Of a DNA stretch of 64,000 nt, positions 27,321 through 36,411 are shown piece by piece; the first letter of the stretch is position 1, and each line of letters begins with the position of its first letter. Below the pieces are notes generated by a model, which was not told the origin of the DNA, searched no databases, and saw only the letters and a program-made list of their open reading frames with translations. A program made the translations under genes and the position numbers. The stretch spans positions 64,001 to 128,000 of the forward strand of contig JBPCLP010000047.1 of NCBI GenBank assembly GCA_051003195.1, written 5' to 3'. This DNA comes from Candidatus Sumerlaeaceae bacterium. Its GTDB lineage: Bacteria > Sumerlaeota > Sumerlaeia > Sumerlaeales > Sumerlaeaceae.

Positions 27321-30221
27321 TCAGCCAACCTTCGTCGCGATCATGCACCGGCGCTTAACCAGCGCATCGTGTTCGGTGTACGGTATTTCTGCGTCCTCGC
27401 GGGCGAACTTCTCACTGCCAATCTTCTCCCCGAGATAAGCAGCCAGCGCCTCAAACGAATCGACCGGCAACGGCTCGCCCGACTGCTTTGAATTGTGCAG
27501 CGAGAAGGTCCGTTCGTGCAATTGTATACGGCGTCCGATGTTCTCTCCCGCCACAATTTCAATCACAAGCCGCGCCTGTGCCGACTCACGTCGGCTGAGC
27601 CGTACGGCGGATTGCTGCATCGCCAACACCGCCGCGAACGGTACGCGGATACGACCGGCTTCAACGGTGTTGCACACCAGGTCAGTCTCAAGCACGTCAA
27701 CAGAGAGTGCCTCCACCGGGTCCCGCGTTAATGCGGCCGGCATCTCATGTACAATCAGAACTCCTGCTCCAGCTACCCGTAGCTTCGATTCCAGCAATTC
27801 CACGTCCAGATCCTCGGTAGCTTGCAGCACGCCAGCCGAGTTGGAAATGGATTCAGCCGTAACAGGCGTGCATAGCTCCTGGGAAAGGATCGAAAGCAGT
27901 CTGTCCACTTGCTCCGAATCCTGGGGTAGAAACTGCCCGCTTACGTTTTCCTGCAGCACCACCCAAATACCACTCCCGCCGCTTTGCATGGCCGCGTCCG
28001 GTGACGGCGTGGAGAGCTTATCGCTGGAGTATACGCGATGTGCCGTACTCAGCTCTGGAGAACTCGTGTGGCTGCCCCCTCCAGGCAGAGCGTACTCAGC
28101 ACCGGGCTTCAGCGAACCCTCGCGCTGACTGCTCTCCGTCTCGGTCTTCGCCGACTCGCGCAAACTTGGCACAATTACATGTTTATCGTCTTCGGACATT
28201 ACGCCGGAACCTCCATCCTCGGATTTCCGTTCGACACCTGTTTCCGGTTCCGTGTCTACCGGGCTACTATAGCCGTAGTCCAGCCCTTTTGATCGCAGCT
28301 GGCGCAGAGTCTCGCGTGCAGGCACCGGCGCGGGCTGCGCCGGAGGCTCCAGCGGCTCGAGGTCCATACCCGAAAGCTCCACACGCGGTCGCTTCAGGCC
28401 GGCCCGCTGTTCTACGGACCTGGGAATGTCCGGTACCTCGCCCGGATTCTGGATTGTATGCGCAGGAAGAATACTCGTCGAGCTGTCCTGGTGTCGGCGT
28501 GCAGGCGGATCATCACGGGTGGTTTTCATCGCCAGTCGCTTCTTGCCCCAAAATGAATCGCGCGACTGTGAAGCGTCCGCTCGTTCTTCAATGCGCGGTT
28601 CTTCCAGATCTCCACGCAATTCCGGTGGCTTGGCCGGCGCCACTCGCCCGGACTGATCCGGAGCTGTACTCGCGACCGGCGGGTACTTGTCGCCGGAATC
28701 GATCTGCTGGATTCGCGAAGTCGATCGGGAGGTTTTTCGGCGCTCAGGCTGACCGGGTCCACCGTAAAGTGTCGAGGCTGCCACGCTGCCCGGTTTGTGC
28801 GATCCGCCGTCTGGCTCCGCGGCTGCCAGCAGCGCGTCGCAATCCTCGCCACGAGCCCTCGCCGCGACAAGGATCTCCTCCCGCTGGCGTCGCGCTTCGT
28901 GGCGGTCGCGCATCATTTGTGCATTCGCTTCGAACAGTTTCAGATAACGCAACGCATCCACAGCCCGTTCAGGCGCTGTTTGATGGCAAAGTTTGGCGGC
29001 AGTGAGAAACGCGTCCTCATAGCCGGGCGGGATCGGCGTAACCTGGATTAGTTGTTCATAAACACGCAAAGCCGCTGCCTCATGGCCCTTTAGCTCCAGC
29101 ATCCGCCCCAGGCTGTGCAACTCACGCGGATCGAGTCGCAAATCTGGGAACTTCTTCAAAGCGGTTTGCAGGTAAAACTCCGTTGCCCGAACCACATCCC
29201 CGACAAAGATACGCTGACCAAGGTAAACGCGCGCGGCGTCTTCATCATCCCGTGCAGCCGCCTCCATTTTGGCGACATTTACTTTCTCGCGTTCCTTGCG
29301 TCGCGGCGAGAGTGCGGCGTCCGGGTCCTCCCATGTTTGATGAAATCCTTTTGTCCCGTTAACCACAAAACCCACGACGATGCCAACAACCAGCCCTCCC
29401 ATGTGTCCCCATATACTGATACGATCCTCCGCCTGCTGCGGCATGGTAATGGCGTCCTGGAAAAGCTTATAGCCCAGCAGCACAATCGCCGGCAGTCCAA
29501 ACCGCGCATGTTCGGGCTCCAGGAAAACGAACAAACCGACAACGCCGATCAGAAGAATCAGTTCTCCAAGCGACGGACTGCTCATCCCGAAAATGTAAAC
29601 AGCCGGTACCAGCAGGAAGCCGATGCACGCCCAGAAACGGAAATCGTAAACCAGCGCCACTTTAACCTGAGATCGAGGAAAACACACGAGGTATGCACCG
29701 ATCACTGCATATACGACTCCGGAAAAACCCCCGTGCGGAACGCGATATGCATTCGTCAGCTCCGTCAGCCAAATAATCGCCAGCTGGCTGCCGACCATCG
29801 CTGCCACCAGGAACACCGCGAACCGGCGGCGGCCAAACAGCTCCTCAAGGTTTTGTCCATACAGGGCGAACAACCACAGGTTCAGCGCCAGGTGCAGCCA
29901 GCCCACATGAATGAAGTTTGCTGTGATCAGTTGACCCCATCTCCAGCCGCCCTCTTCCCGCAGCTTGGACGGTGTAAGAGCGACCGTGTCCCTGTACGTT
30001 TCGTAGCGCGTAGCCGCCTTGACTGCGTGCTCACGCGTTTCCACAGACGCCCAGGGACTCACGTTGGATTCAAAAATAAAACCTGCCGTCACAAGGTGCA
30101 CTACGATATTCGCAATGACGACAACTTTGACCAGGATGCCACGTTTATGCAGCGGAACATTCGTTCCCCATGGCAGCAGCGCAGCAAAGATTAGTCCTGT
30201 GAACCAGAACAGAACGGTCAT
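27321..30221 (-). CDS. Rhomboid family intramembrane serine protease with a long C-terminal extension
   Basis: TANFIHVGWLHL..N, GFSG catalytic Ser and GHMGG catalytic His, followed by about 670 aa of soluble tail. Confidence 0.85.
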   Translation of the reverse strand: MTVLFWFTGLIFAALLPWGTNVPLHKRGILVKVVVIANIVVHLVTAGFIFESNVSPWASVETREHAVKAATRYETYRDTVALTPSKLREEGGWRWGQLITANFIHVGWLHLALNLWLFALYGQNLEELFGRRRFAVFLVAAMVGSQLAIIWLTELTNAYRVPHGGFSGVVYAVIGAYLVCFPRSQVKVALVYDFRFWACIGFLLVPAVYIFGMSSPSLGELILLIGVVGLFVFLEPEHARFGLPAIVLLGYKLFQDAITMPQQAEDRISIWGHMGGLVVGIVVGFVVNGTKGFHQTWEDPDAALSPRRKEREKVNVAKMEAAARDDEDAARVYLGQRIFVGDVVRATEFYLQTALKKFPDLRLDPRELHSLGRMLELKGHEAAALRVYEQLIQVTPIPPGYEDAFLTAAKLCHQTAPERAVDALRYLKLFEANAQMMRDRHEARRQREEILVAARARGEDCDALLAAAEPDGGSHKPGSVAASTLYGGPGQPERRKTSRSTSRIQQIDSGDKYPPVASTAPDQSGRVAPAKPPELRGDLEEPRIEERADASQSRDSFWGKKRLAMKTTRDDPPARRHQDSSTSILPAHTIQNPGEVPDIPRSVEQRAGLKRPRVELSGMDLEPLEPPAQPAPVPARETLRQLRSKGLDYGYSSPVDTEPETGVERKSEDGGSGVMSEDDKHVIVPSLRESAKTETESSQREGSLKPGAEYALPGGGSHTSSPELSTAHRVYSSDKLSTPSPDAAMQSGGSGIWVVLQENVSGQFLPQDSEQVDRLLSILSQELCTPVTAESISNSAGVLQATEDLDVELLESKLRVAGAGVLIVHEMPAALTRDPVEALSVDVLETDLVCNTVEAGRIRVPFAAVLAMQQSAVRLSRRESAQARLVIEIVAGENIGRRIQLHERTFSLHNSKQSGEPLPVDSFEALAAYLGEKIGSEKFAREDAEIPYTEHDALVKRRCMIATKVG

Positions 30222-30363
30222 GGGTAGGAAAAATCGCTAATGCGAAACCACACGTCAACAGATGGTCGCCGGATTCTGTTGGTACGAGAATTTGAGTTGC
30301 AGCGGGTGACATACATCTGAATCTTCCAACGCCAGGTTACATGTTCTGTTTTTAAGGATAGTC

Positions 30364-31476
30364 TTGAACGTACTGATCACCAGTAGCACTCAGGAACACG
30401 ACGACGAAGCCTCGCAGGTTTTTGATCTGGCGGAACAACTGCGTGCTGAAGGACACGAGGTGCTGGTGGTCGTCAGGCAGGGCAGCAGATTGGACCAGCG
30501 CGTCACTGCGCGCGGACTCCAGATGCGCCGGCTTTCTTTCGGCCCGCCCAGCGCAATGCTTCGGCGTCGCATGGATATTCGAAGTCTGCGTTACCTCATA
30601 CTCGCGTTTCGTGCAGACGTTATTCATTGTCATGGCGACATCGACCACCAACTCGCGGGCACCGCAAGAGCCCGCGCGGGTGCGAACATTCCTATCGTGC
30701 GAACGGTCGTGGAACGAGCCTGGTCATACTCTCGCATTTCCGCCAATACCGATTTCACGATCGCACTTTCAAAAGAAGTTGCTGATGATCTTCGTACCAT
30801 TCGTGGCGTCCAGGCCGCACATCTGCATGTAATCTATCCTGCAGTGGAAGTCGCGATGTTTGACCCATCACGACGCAGCGACCGCTGGCGGACTGAGGTC
30901 GGCGCCCTGCAGGGTGAAAAGCTGGTTGGGCTCATTGCTCCCTTTAATAACTTTCAGGCGCACCATGCATTTCTCGAGGCAGCTGTCTCCATCCTGTCAT
31001 TGGCCCCGAACACACGCTTCGTAGCAGCCGCGCTGCGGCCCGGAGGCAGCCCTGAGCCCTATCTCTGCTCTGCGCTCGAATCTGGAATCGCGGATCGCAT
31101 CTCCTTTCAGTCATTTCTGGAGAACGTCCCCAGCGCCCTCGCATCGCTCGACGTTGCGATTGTAACCGCTGGGGATTCCGGCACCGCGCCTGGTGCCTTG
31201 GAATACATGGCATCCGGCACACCCGTGATCGCGCCGCGCGAAGGATGGGTTGGCGAGGTTATCGAAGGCGGTAAGACCGGCCTCTTGGTGACACCGGGTG
31301 ATCCTGCTTCCTTAGCCAGGGCTACCGTTAGCGTGCTTACCAATCCAGGCTTCGCCGACAATTTGCGAACTGCTGCCCTGGAGCAAATTCACGAAGTTCA
31401 TAATCGCGGCCGATGGATCGAAGCGATTATGGATGTATACAAGACCGCAATTGCCGCGCGATCGCATGCACGATAG
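30364..31476 (+). CDS. Glycosyltransferase family 4 protein
   Basis: ADVIHCH, LEYMASGTPVIA and EVIEGGKTGLLV.PGDP motifs; TTG start after AAGGA. Confidence 0.85.
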   Translation: MNVLITSSTQEHDDEASQVFDLAEQLRAEGHEVLVVVRQGSRLDQRVTARGLQMRRLSFGPPSAMLRRRMDIRSLRYLILAFRADVIHCHGDIDHQLAGTARARAGANIPIVRTVVERAWSYSRISANTDFTIALSKEVADDLRTIRGVQAAHLHVIYPAVEVAMFDPSRRSDRWRTEVGALQGEKLVGLIAPFNNFQAHHAFLEAAVSILSLAPNTRFVAAALRPGGSPEPYLCSALESGIADRISFQSFLENVPSALASLDVAIVTAGDSGTAPGALEYMASGTPVIAPREGWVGEVIEGGKTGLLVTPGDPASLARATVSVLTNPGFADNLRTAALEQIHEVHNRGRWIEAIMDVYKTAIAARSHAR

Positions 31477-31526
31477 GCGGGTGCAGTAGCCGTGTGCATT
31501 AACCTGGAACCGCGTGCGGAACGCAT

Positions 31527-32666
31527 ATGAGTCGTCCTCGCGTGCTGCACGTTTATAAAGATTATTATCCCCCCGTCCTTGGGGGAATTGAGGCCACCAT
31601 AAATCTCATGGCGCGCGGCACACTGGATGCCTGCGATGTCACCGTCCTGGTCTGCAGCGGCGGAAGAACCCGCAGCGACGAAGTGATTGACGGTGTTCGC
31701 GTGGTGCGCGTGCCCGAGCTGGGCCGCCTGTCGAGTGCGCCGGTTAGCCCCGCTTTTCCATCCGAACTGCGGCGGCTCGCGCGCAAGGCGGACCTTTTGC
31801 ATGTGCATCACCCAAACCCTACCGGCGATGTTTCCTGCCTGCTGGTGCGCCCCGCCGCGCCCATCGTAATGACATATCACAGCGACGTCGTCCGTCAAAA
31901 AAAAGCCATGTGGCTCTATGGTGCTGTGCAGGAGCGGATGATGCGCCGCTGCAAAGTAATTATGCCGACGTCGCCAAACTACATCGAATCTTCCGACTGG
32001 CTGCAGCGGCACGCAGAAAAGTGTATTGTCGTGCCCCTTGGGATCGATCTCGCGCGCTTTGAAAAAACCACCGAAACTGAATCAAGTGCGACCATAGTCA
32101 GGCAGAAATATCCCGGACCCATCACCATCTTCGTCGGTCGCCTGCGTTACTACAAGGGCTTGGAGTTTCTCGTCCGGGCAATGCCGCAAATTCCCGGGAC
32201 ATTGCTTATCATTGGAACCGGCCCCGAATCCGATCGGCTGCAATCGCTCATTGCCGAAACCGGGCTTCTAAATCGCGTGCATTTACTCGGTGATCAGGAC
32301 GAATCGCAGCTTGTCGCGCATCTGCATGCTGCCGATGCTTTTTGCATGCCTTCACACCTGCGAAGCGAAGCATTTGGCCTGAGCCAGGTTGAGGCAATGG
32401 CGTGTGCCCTGCCAGTCGTGAGCACTACAATCCCCACCGGTGTCCCGTTCGTCAATCACGATGGGGTAACGGGGTTCTCTGTGGAACCCGCTTCTCCTGA
32501 TGCATTGGCGCAGGCATTAAATCGCATTTACTCAAATCCGCACCTGCGCACGCAGATGGGCGCCGCAGCCCGGCAGCGCGCGGTCACCACGTTCAACGCG
32601 GCGCGCATGTGTGCGGACCTGAAGCGCGTATATTCGCAGGTCCTCGGAAGCACAACTGCTGAATAG
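31527..32666 (+). CDS. Glycosyltransferase family 4 protein
   Basis: VLHVYKDYYP..GGIE, FVGRLRYYKG and SEAFGLSQVEAMA motifs. Confidence 0.93.
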   Translation: MSRPRVLHVYKDYYPPVLGGIEATINLMARGTLDACDVTVLVCSGGRTRSDEVIDGVRVVRVPELGRLSSAPVSPAFPSELRRLARKADLLHVHHPNPTGDVSCLLVRPAAPIVMTYHSDVVRQKKAMWLYGAVQERMMRRCKVIMPTSPNYIESSDWLQRHAEKCIVVPLGIDLARFEKTTETESSATIVRQKYPGPITIFVGRLRYYKGLEFLVRAMPQIPGTLLIIGTGPESDRLQSLIAETGLLNRVHLLGDQDESQLVAHLHAADAFCMPSHLRSEAFGLSQVEAMACALPVVSTTIPTGVPFVNHDGVTGFSVEPASPDALAQALNRIYSNPHLRTQMGAAARQRAVTTFNAARMCADLKRVYSQVLGSTTAE

Positions 32667-32719
32667 CGCCCATCCATCGCTCTAACTGAAATCAGAATCG
32701 AAGCAGGAGAGCGAAAGTC

Positions 32720-33031
32720 GTGGAAAACGAGCAGCCCGAAAACATGGTTTCAGAAACGATCGCGAACGCAGCTGGTGTCTCGCCGCACCCACCCGCAACG
32801 GACAATCCCGAATTGTATGAACGCGTGCAGGCAATTATCCAGGAAGTTCGTCCATACATTCAAAGCGATGGCGGAGACGTTGAGCTGCTCAAGCTCGAAG
32901 ACAACATTGTATATGTACGACTGAACGGTGCCTGTGTTGGCTGTCCCAGCTCGCTGATGACGCTTAAGGGCGGAATTGAAGCGCGGGTGCGCGAAGAAAT
33001 CCCCGAAATCGAATCCGTCGAAATGGTTTAG
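32720..33031 (+). CDS. NifU C-terminal domain (Nfu-type Fe-S carrier) protein
   Basis: VRPYIQSDGGDVEL..GACVGCPSS.MTLK.GIE; AGGAG RBS. Confidence 0.93.
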   Translation: MENEQPENMVSETIANAAGVSPHPPATDNPELYERVQAIIQEVRPYIQSDGGDVELLKLEDNIVYVRLNGACVGCPSSLMTLKGGIEARVREEIPEIESVEMV

Positions 33032-33036
33032 TAGCG

Positions 33037-33135
33037 CTAGTGTGATCTACCGTTAGTTAGTAACCAGTTCTGTGTGCCGAACGAGGTCAAGTCCGCCCTT
33101 TGTTCTGGTAAGGAACTACTGGTTCGGCACACTAG
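33037..33135 (+). mobile_element. MITE-like element copy 1 (subfamily B), probably IS630-related
   Basis: CTAG at both ends and 31-bp imperfect TIRs (22/31 by hand). Similar to the copies at 50173, 50269 and 58698. The right end reads G-T-T-G-S-A-H-stop. Confidence 0.75.
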
Positions 33136-33965
33136 CGTACCGTCAGTCTGGCGCGGTTGTCTTCCAGTATCTTTGGGCCGATCCCTTTCACATCTTCCAA
33201 TGCGTTCACGTTCGGAAAAGCGCCGTGCTGCTGCCGGTATTCTATGATCCGCTTCGCAATCACCGGCCCGACGCGCTTAAGCGTTTCCAGCTCTTGCTGG
33301 CCTGCCGTGTTGATATTAATAATCCCATTCAGCGCTGTTGCCGGAGCCGCGCTTCGGGAATAAACCACAGGTGTAGCCTGGGGCGGAGGCTGCGCGATTT
33401 GTAAAGCGGCTTGAGGCTGTTGCAGCGCGGAAGCGTACGGTTTGGGCACTGCCGTCGCTGGCCCGGCAGCCGATTGATGGGGCTGGCGAGCAAGTTCTGT
33501 CGCTCCGGGCATTATTCCGGGTGCTTGCATCGGCTGCTGGGCAATGACCGCAGGCGATGAGTTCACCGCATCGTTAACTGCAACATACGGACGCATTTTC
33601 AGCAGCTTCGACGCACCGATTCCTTTTACCCCGTCCAGTTCTTCCACGCTGCGGAATCCCCCATGCGTGTTTCGGTACGAAATAATTTCTTCCGCCAGCG
33701 AAGGTCCAATCCCCGGGATCGCAGCCAGCGCTTCTGCATTCGCCGAATTCACGTTGATCTGCCCACCGCTGGTCATAATTGATTGCAGCGTGCCGGAGGT
33801 CGCAACCGTCGCCGTGCCGGACGTCAGCTCGACACTGTGGTAGGAGTCCAGGAACAACGGCTCCGGTTTCGGCTTCGTAAACTGGATTATACCAAATCCA
33901 CCTGCCATGATTGCCAGTACGAACCCCACTACCTTTTTCTCATCATTGGTAAAAGAGGACAACAT
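33132..33965 (-). CDS. comEA: ComEA family DNA-binding protein with two HhH domains
   Basis: N-terminal TM; INVNSA..LAAIPGIGP and ININTA..LETLKRVGP..VKGIGPK helix-hairpin-helix modules separated by a Pro/Ala/Gln linker. Confidence 0.88.
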   Translation of the reverse strand: MLSSFTNDEKKVVGFVLAIMAGGFGIIQFTKPKPEPLFLDSYHSVELTSGTATVATSGTLQSIMTSGGQINVNSANAEALAAIPGIGPSLAEEIISYRNTHGGFRSVEELDGVKGIGASKLLKMRPYVAVNDAVNSSPAVIAQQPMQAPGIMPGATELARQPHQSAAGPATAVPKPYASALQQPQAALQIAQPPPQATPVVYSRSAAPATALNGIININTAGQQELETLKRVGPVIAKRIIEYRQQHGAFPNVNALEDVKGIGPKILEDNRARLTVR

Positions 33966-35455
33966 CAGCCGAGTTTGCCTTTCTTCCGTTTTACGTTCGA
34001 TGGTTCGGCCAGCGATTCCGCAAGTTCCACAAATGTGCGAACACCTACTGCGGTCGCCCCGGGCGAAAAGTATTTCCAGGCCTTGTCAGTCATGCTCGTT
34101 CCCGCAATATCGAGGTGCGCCCACCTGGTTTTGGGGCGAACGAACTCCTTCAGGAAAAGTGCGGCCGTGATGCTGCCGCCGTTCGGGCCCTTGCCTACGT
34201 TGTCCATGTCTGCGATGGGGTGGTCCAGCTGCGCACGATATTCGTCAATAAGCGGCATCTGCCAGTAGTTCTCGCCCACCCTCGCACCCGCGTCCCGTAT
34301 GCTATCCACCAGTTCCTGGTCCGTTCCGAAAATTCCCGTGACCGCAACCCCGAGCGCGCGGACCACCGAACCGGTCAGCGTCGCGACGTCCACAACGTGA
34401 GTCGCCCCCTCGTCCTGCGCAAGGTCCAGCGCATCCATCAGGATGAGGCGCCCTTCTGCATCCGTGTTATCGATGTGCACGGTCTTGCCGCTGCGCGAGC
34501 GGATAATATCGCCAGGGAGAATCGCGAGGCTATCGATCGCATTAATCACCGAAGGCACAATCGCAGTAATACGCACCGCGGGTTTTAGCTGGGCGATCGC
34601 CTTCATTGCTCCCAGCACTGCTGCACCACCGGCCATGTCTCCCTTCATCTCCCACAAATTTGCAGCCGGCTTAATACTGTGACCACCTGTATCGAACGCC
34701 ACGGCTTTACCAACCAGCGCCAGGTGCACATTGCTTTTCAGCTGCGGCTTGTACCGCAGCACAATCAGCCGCGGCGGACGATCACTGCCCTTGCCGACTC
34801 CAACAATCCCGCCGTAGTTGCCGCGCGTGAGCGCTTTTTCGTCGAGCACGTCGATGGAAAGTCCGACTTGTTTCGCCATTCGTTTAGCGGCCATGGCCAA
34901 GGTGGCAGGGTAAATCGCTTCAGCCGGTTCGTTGACCAGGTCACGTGCAAATGCCATCGCATCGCTCACGATCTCAGCGCGTCTCACCGCAGCTTTCACC
35001 TCCGCAAGCGCAGCGGACGGCACCTGCAGTGTCACCGTAATCTCCGGGCTGGCAGACTTTGGTTTCGATTTATACTTTTCGAAGGTATAGCTGCTCACGA
35101 GGAAGCCTTCCGCAAGGATTCCCGCGAGCTCCATCTGTGCAAGCGGCACCGTTACATTGTGCAGCTTGTGCTTTTGCGCAAACGCAAGAGCCCGGCTTGC
35201 CAGGGTCTTCAGTTTTTCGTCACGCCCGCCATATTTGATCTGCGCGGTCGAGAGAAACAGGACCACGCTGCTGTCGTCCCCGGAAAAGGCGTATAAGTCT
35301 GTTTCGCCTTTGCTGTCCCGAAAACGTTTCGTTAATCCACGGGCATTTGCCGGGACCTGGTGCGAAGACGGGAAAAGCGGTGTCGCGGCATCGTGCAAAA
35401 GTACAAGTACTCCGCGTATCCCCTGTTTATCTCCCGCTGAAACTCTTACACGCAC
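33965..35455 (-). CDS. pepA: Leucyl aminopeptidase (M17)
   Basis: LVGKAVAFDTGG, MKGDMAG, NTDAEGRL, DVATLTG and WAHLDIAG motifs. Confidence 0.95.
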   Translation of the reverse strand: MRVRVSAGDKQGIRGVLVLLHDAATPLFPSSHQVPANARGLTKRFRDSKGETDLYAFSGDDSSVVLFLSTAQIKYGGRDEKLKTLASRALAFAQKHKLHNVTVPLAQMELAGILAEGFLVSSYTFEKYKSKPKSASPEITVTLQVPSAALAEVKAAVRRAEIVSDAMAFARDLVNEPAEAIYPATLAMAAKRMAKQVGLSIDVLDEKALTRGNYGGIVGVGKGSDRPPRLIVLRYKPQLKSNVHLALVGKAVAFDTGGHSIKPAANLWEMKGDMAGGAAVLGAMKAIAQLKPAVRITAIVPSVINAIDSLAILPGDIIRSRSGKTVHIDNTDAEGRLILMDALDLAQDEGATHVVDVATLTGSVVRALGVAVTGIFGTDQELVDSIRDAGARVGENYWQMPLIDEYRAQLDHPIADMDNVGKGPNGGSITAALFLKEFVRPKTRWAHLDIAGTSMTDKAWKYFSPGATAVGVRTFVELAESLAEPSNVKRKKGKLG

Positions 35456-35568
35456 GCTGAACTCCTTTGCCGGCCTGAATCGGAAGCCTCATGCACGCAC
35501 CAGCACGGGAGAAGCAAACGAAACTTGCACGTGCCGTTCGTGGTGCGAAGGGTCGCGCTCTTATAATC

Positions 35569-36282
35569 ATGTTCCGGCTCAAACCATATCTGCTTCCGCA
35601 CACGCATCGCCCCAAGGGCGACCCGCTGCGATCGACTCTGAACTATGAGTGGGCCCGGTGGGTGAACCTCGAGTATTTCTGGTTATTTCATTCGGTACGC
35701 TACCGCGGACAACGAAATATTCCCGCAAACGGGCCGATGATTTTTGCGCCCAACCACGTCAGTTATTACGATCCCACTCTGGTTGGGGCCGGCATCCCAT
35801 ACCCCATGCGTTTTATGGCATGGGATGCGTTGTTCAAGGTCCCGCTCCTTAAGCAGATCCTGGAATCCTATGGCGCGTATCCGGTGCGCCCAAACACCGC
35901 GGACAAAGGCTCCATCGAGAAAACCCTGAAGATACTCAAAAACGGCGAAGCGATCATGATCTTCCCTGAGGGAGTACGAAGCGACGACGGCTCGCTCAAA
36001 CCGTTTGAAATGGGTGTGGCCCGGATGGCTCTACAGACCGGCGCAAAGATAATCCCGGTGACCGTCACGAACGTTTACGAGAGCTGGTCCGCGCACCGCA
36101 CTTTGCCGAAACTTTTCGTGCCGCTTACCGTGAAATATCATCCCCCGATCGAGGTGCCGGCGCATGTGCCCCGACCCGAGCTGCGTGCAAAAATTGAAGA
36201 AATTAACGAGCAGGTCGCCAAACCCATTCGCCGCCGCCTCGCAGCCTGGGAGCGCCTCAAGAAACGTAAAGGTTTTGCCTAG
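35569..36282 (+). CDS. plsC: 1-acyl-sn-glycerol-3-phosphate acyltransferase
   Basis: NHVSYYD (HX4D) and IFPEGVRS motifs; start placed at ATG 35569. Confidence 0.88.
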   Translation: MFRLKPYLLPHTHRPKGDPLRSTLNYEWARWVNLEYFWLFHSVRYRGQRNIPANGPMIFAPNHVSYYDPTLVGAGIPYPMRFMAWDALFKVPLLKQILESYGAYPVRPNTADKGSIEKTLKILKNGEAIMIFPEGVRSDDGSLKPFEMGVARMALQTGAKIIPVTVTNVYESWSAHRTLPKLFVPLTVKYHPPIEVPAHVPRPELRAKIEEINEQVAKPIRRRLAAWERLKKRKGFA

Positions 36283-36411
36283 CTGCACAGCCGCCTGACG
36301 CCCCCGCGCGGTGAAACCGCGCCGCAAACCACGCACCCATAACAACATCGCACCATTGCCCCACCCAGTTCATAATTGATCTATGTTCTCCCTTCCGCCA
36401 AAGCCCCATCC

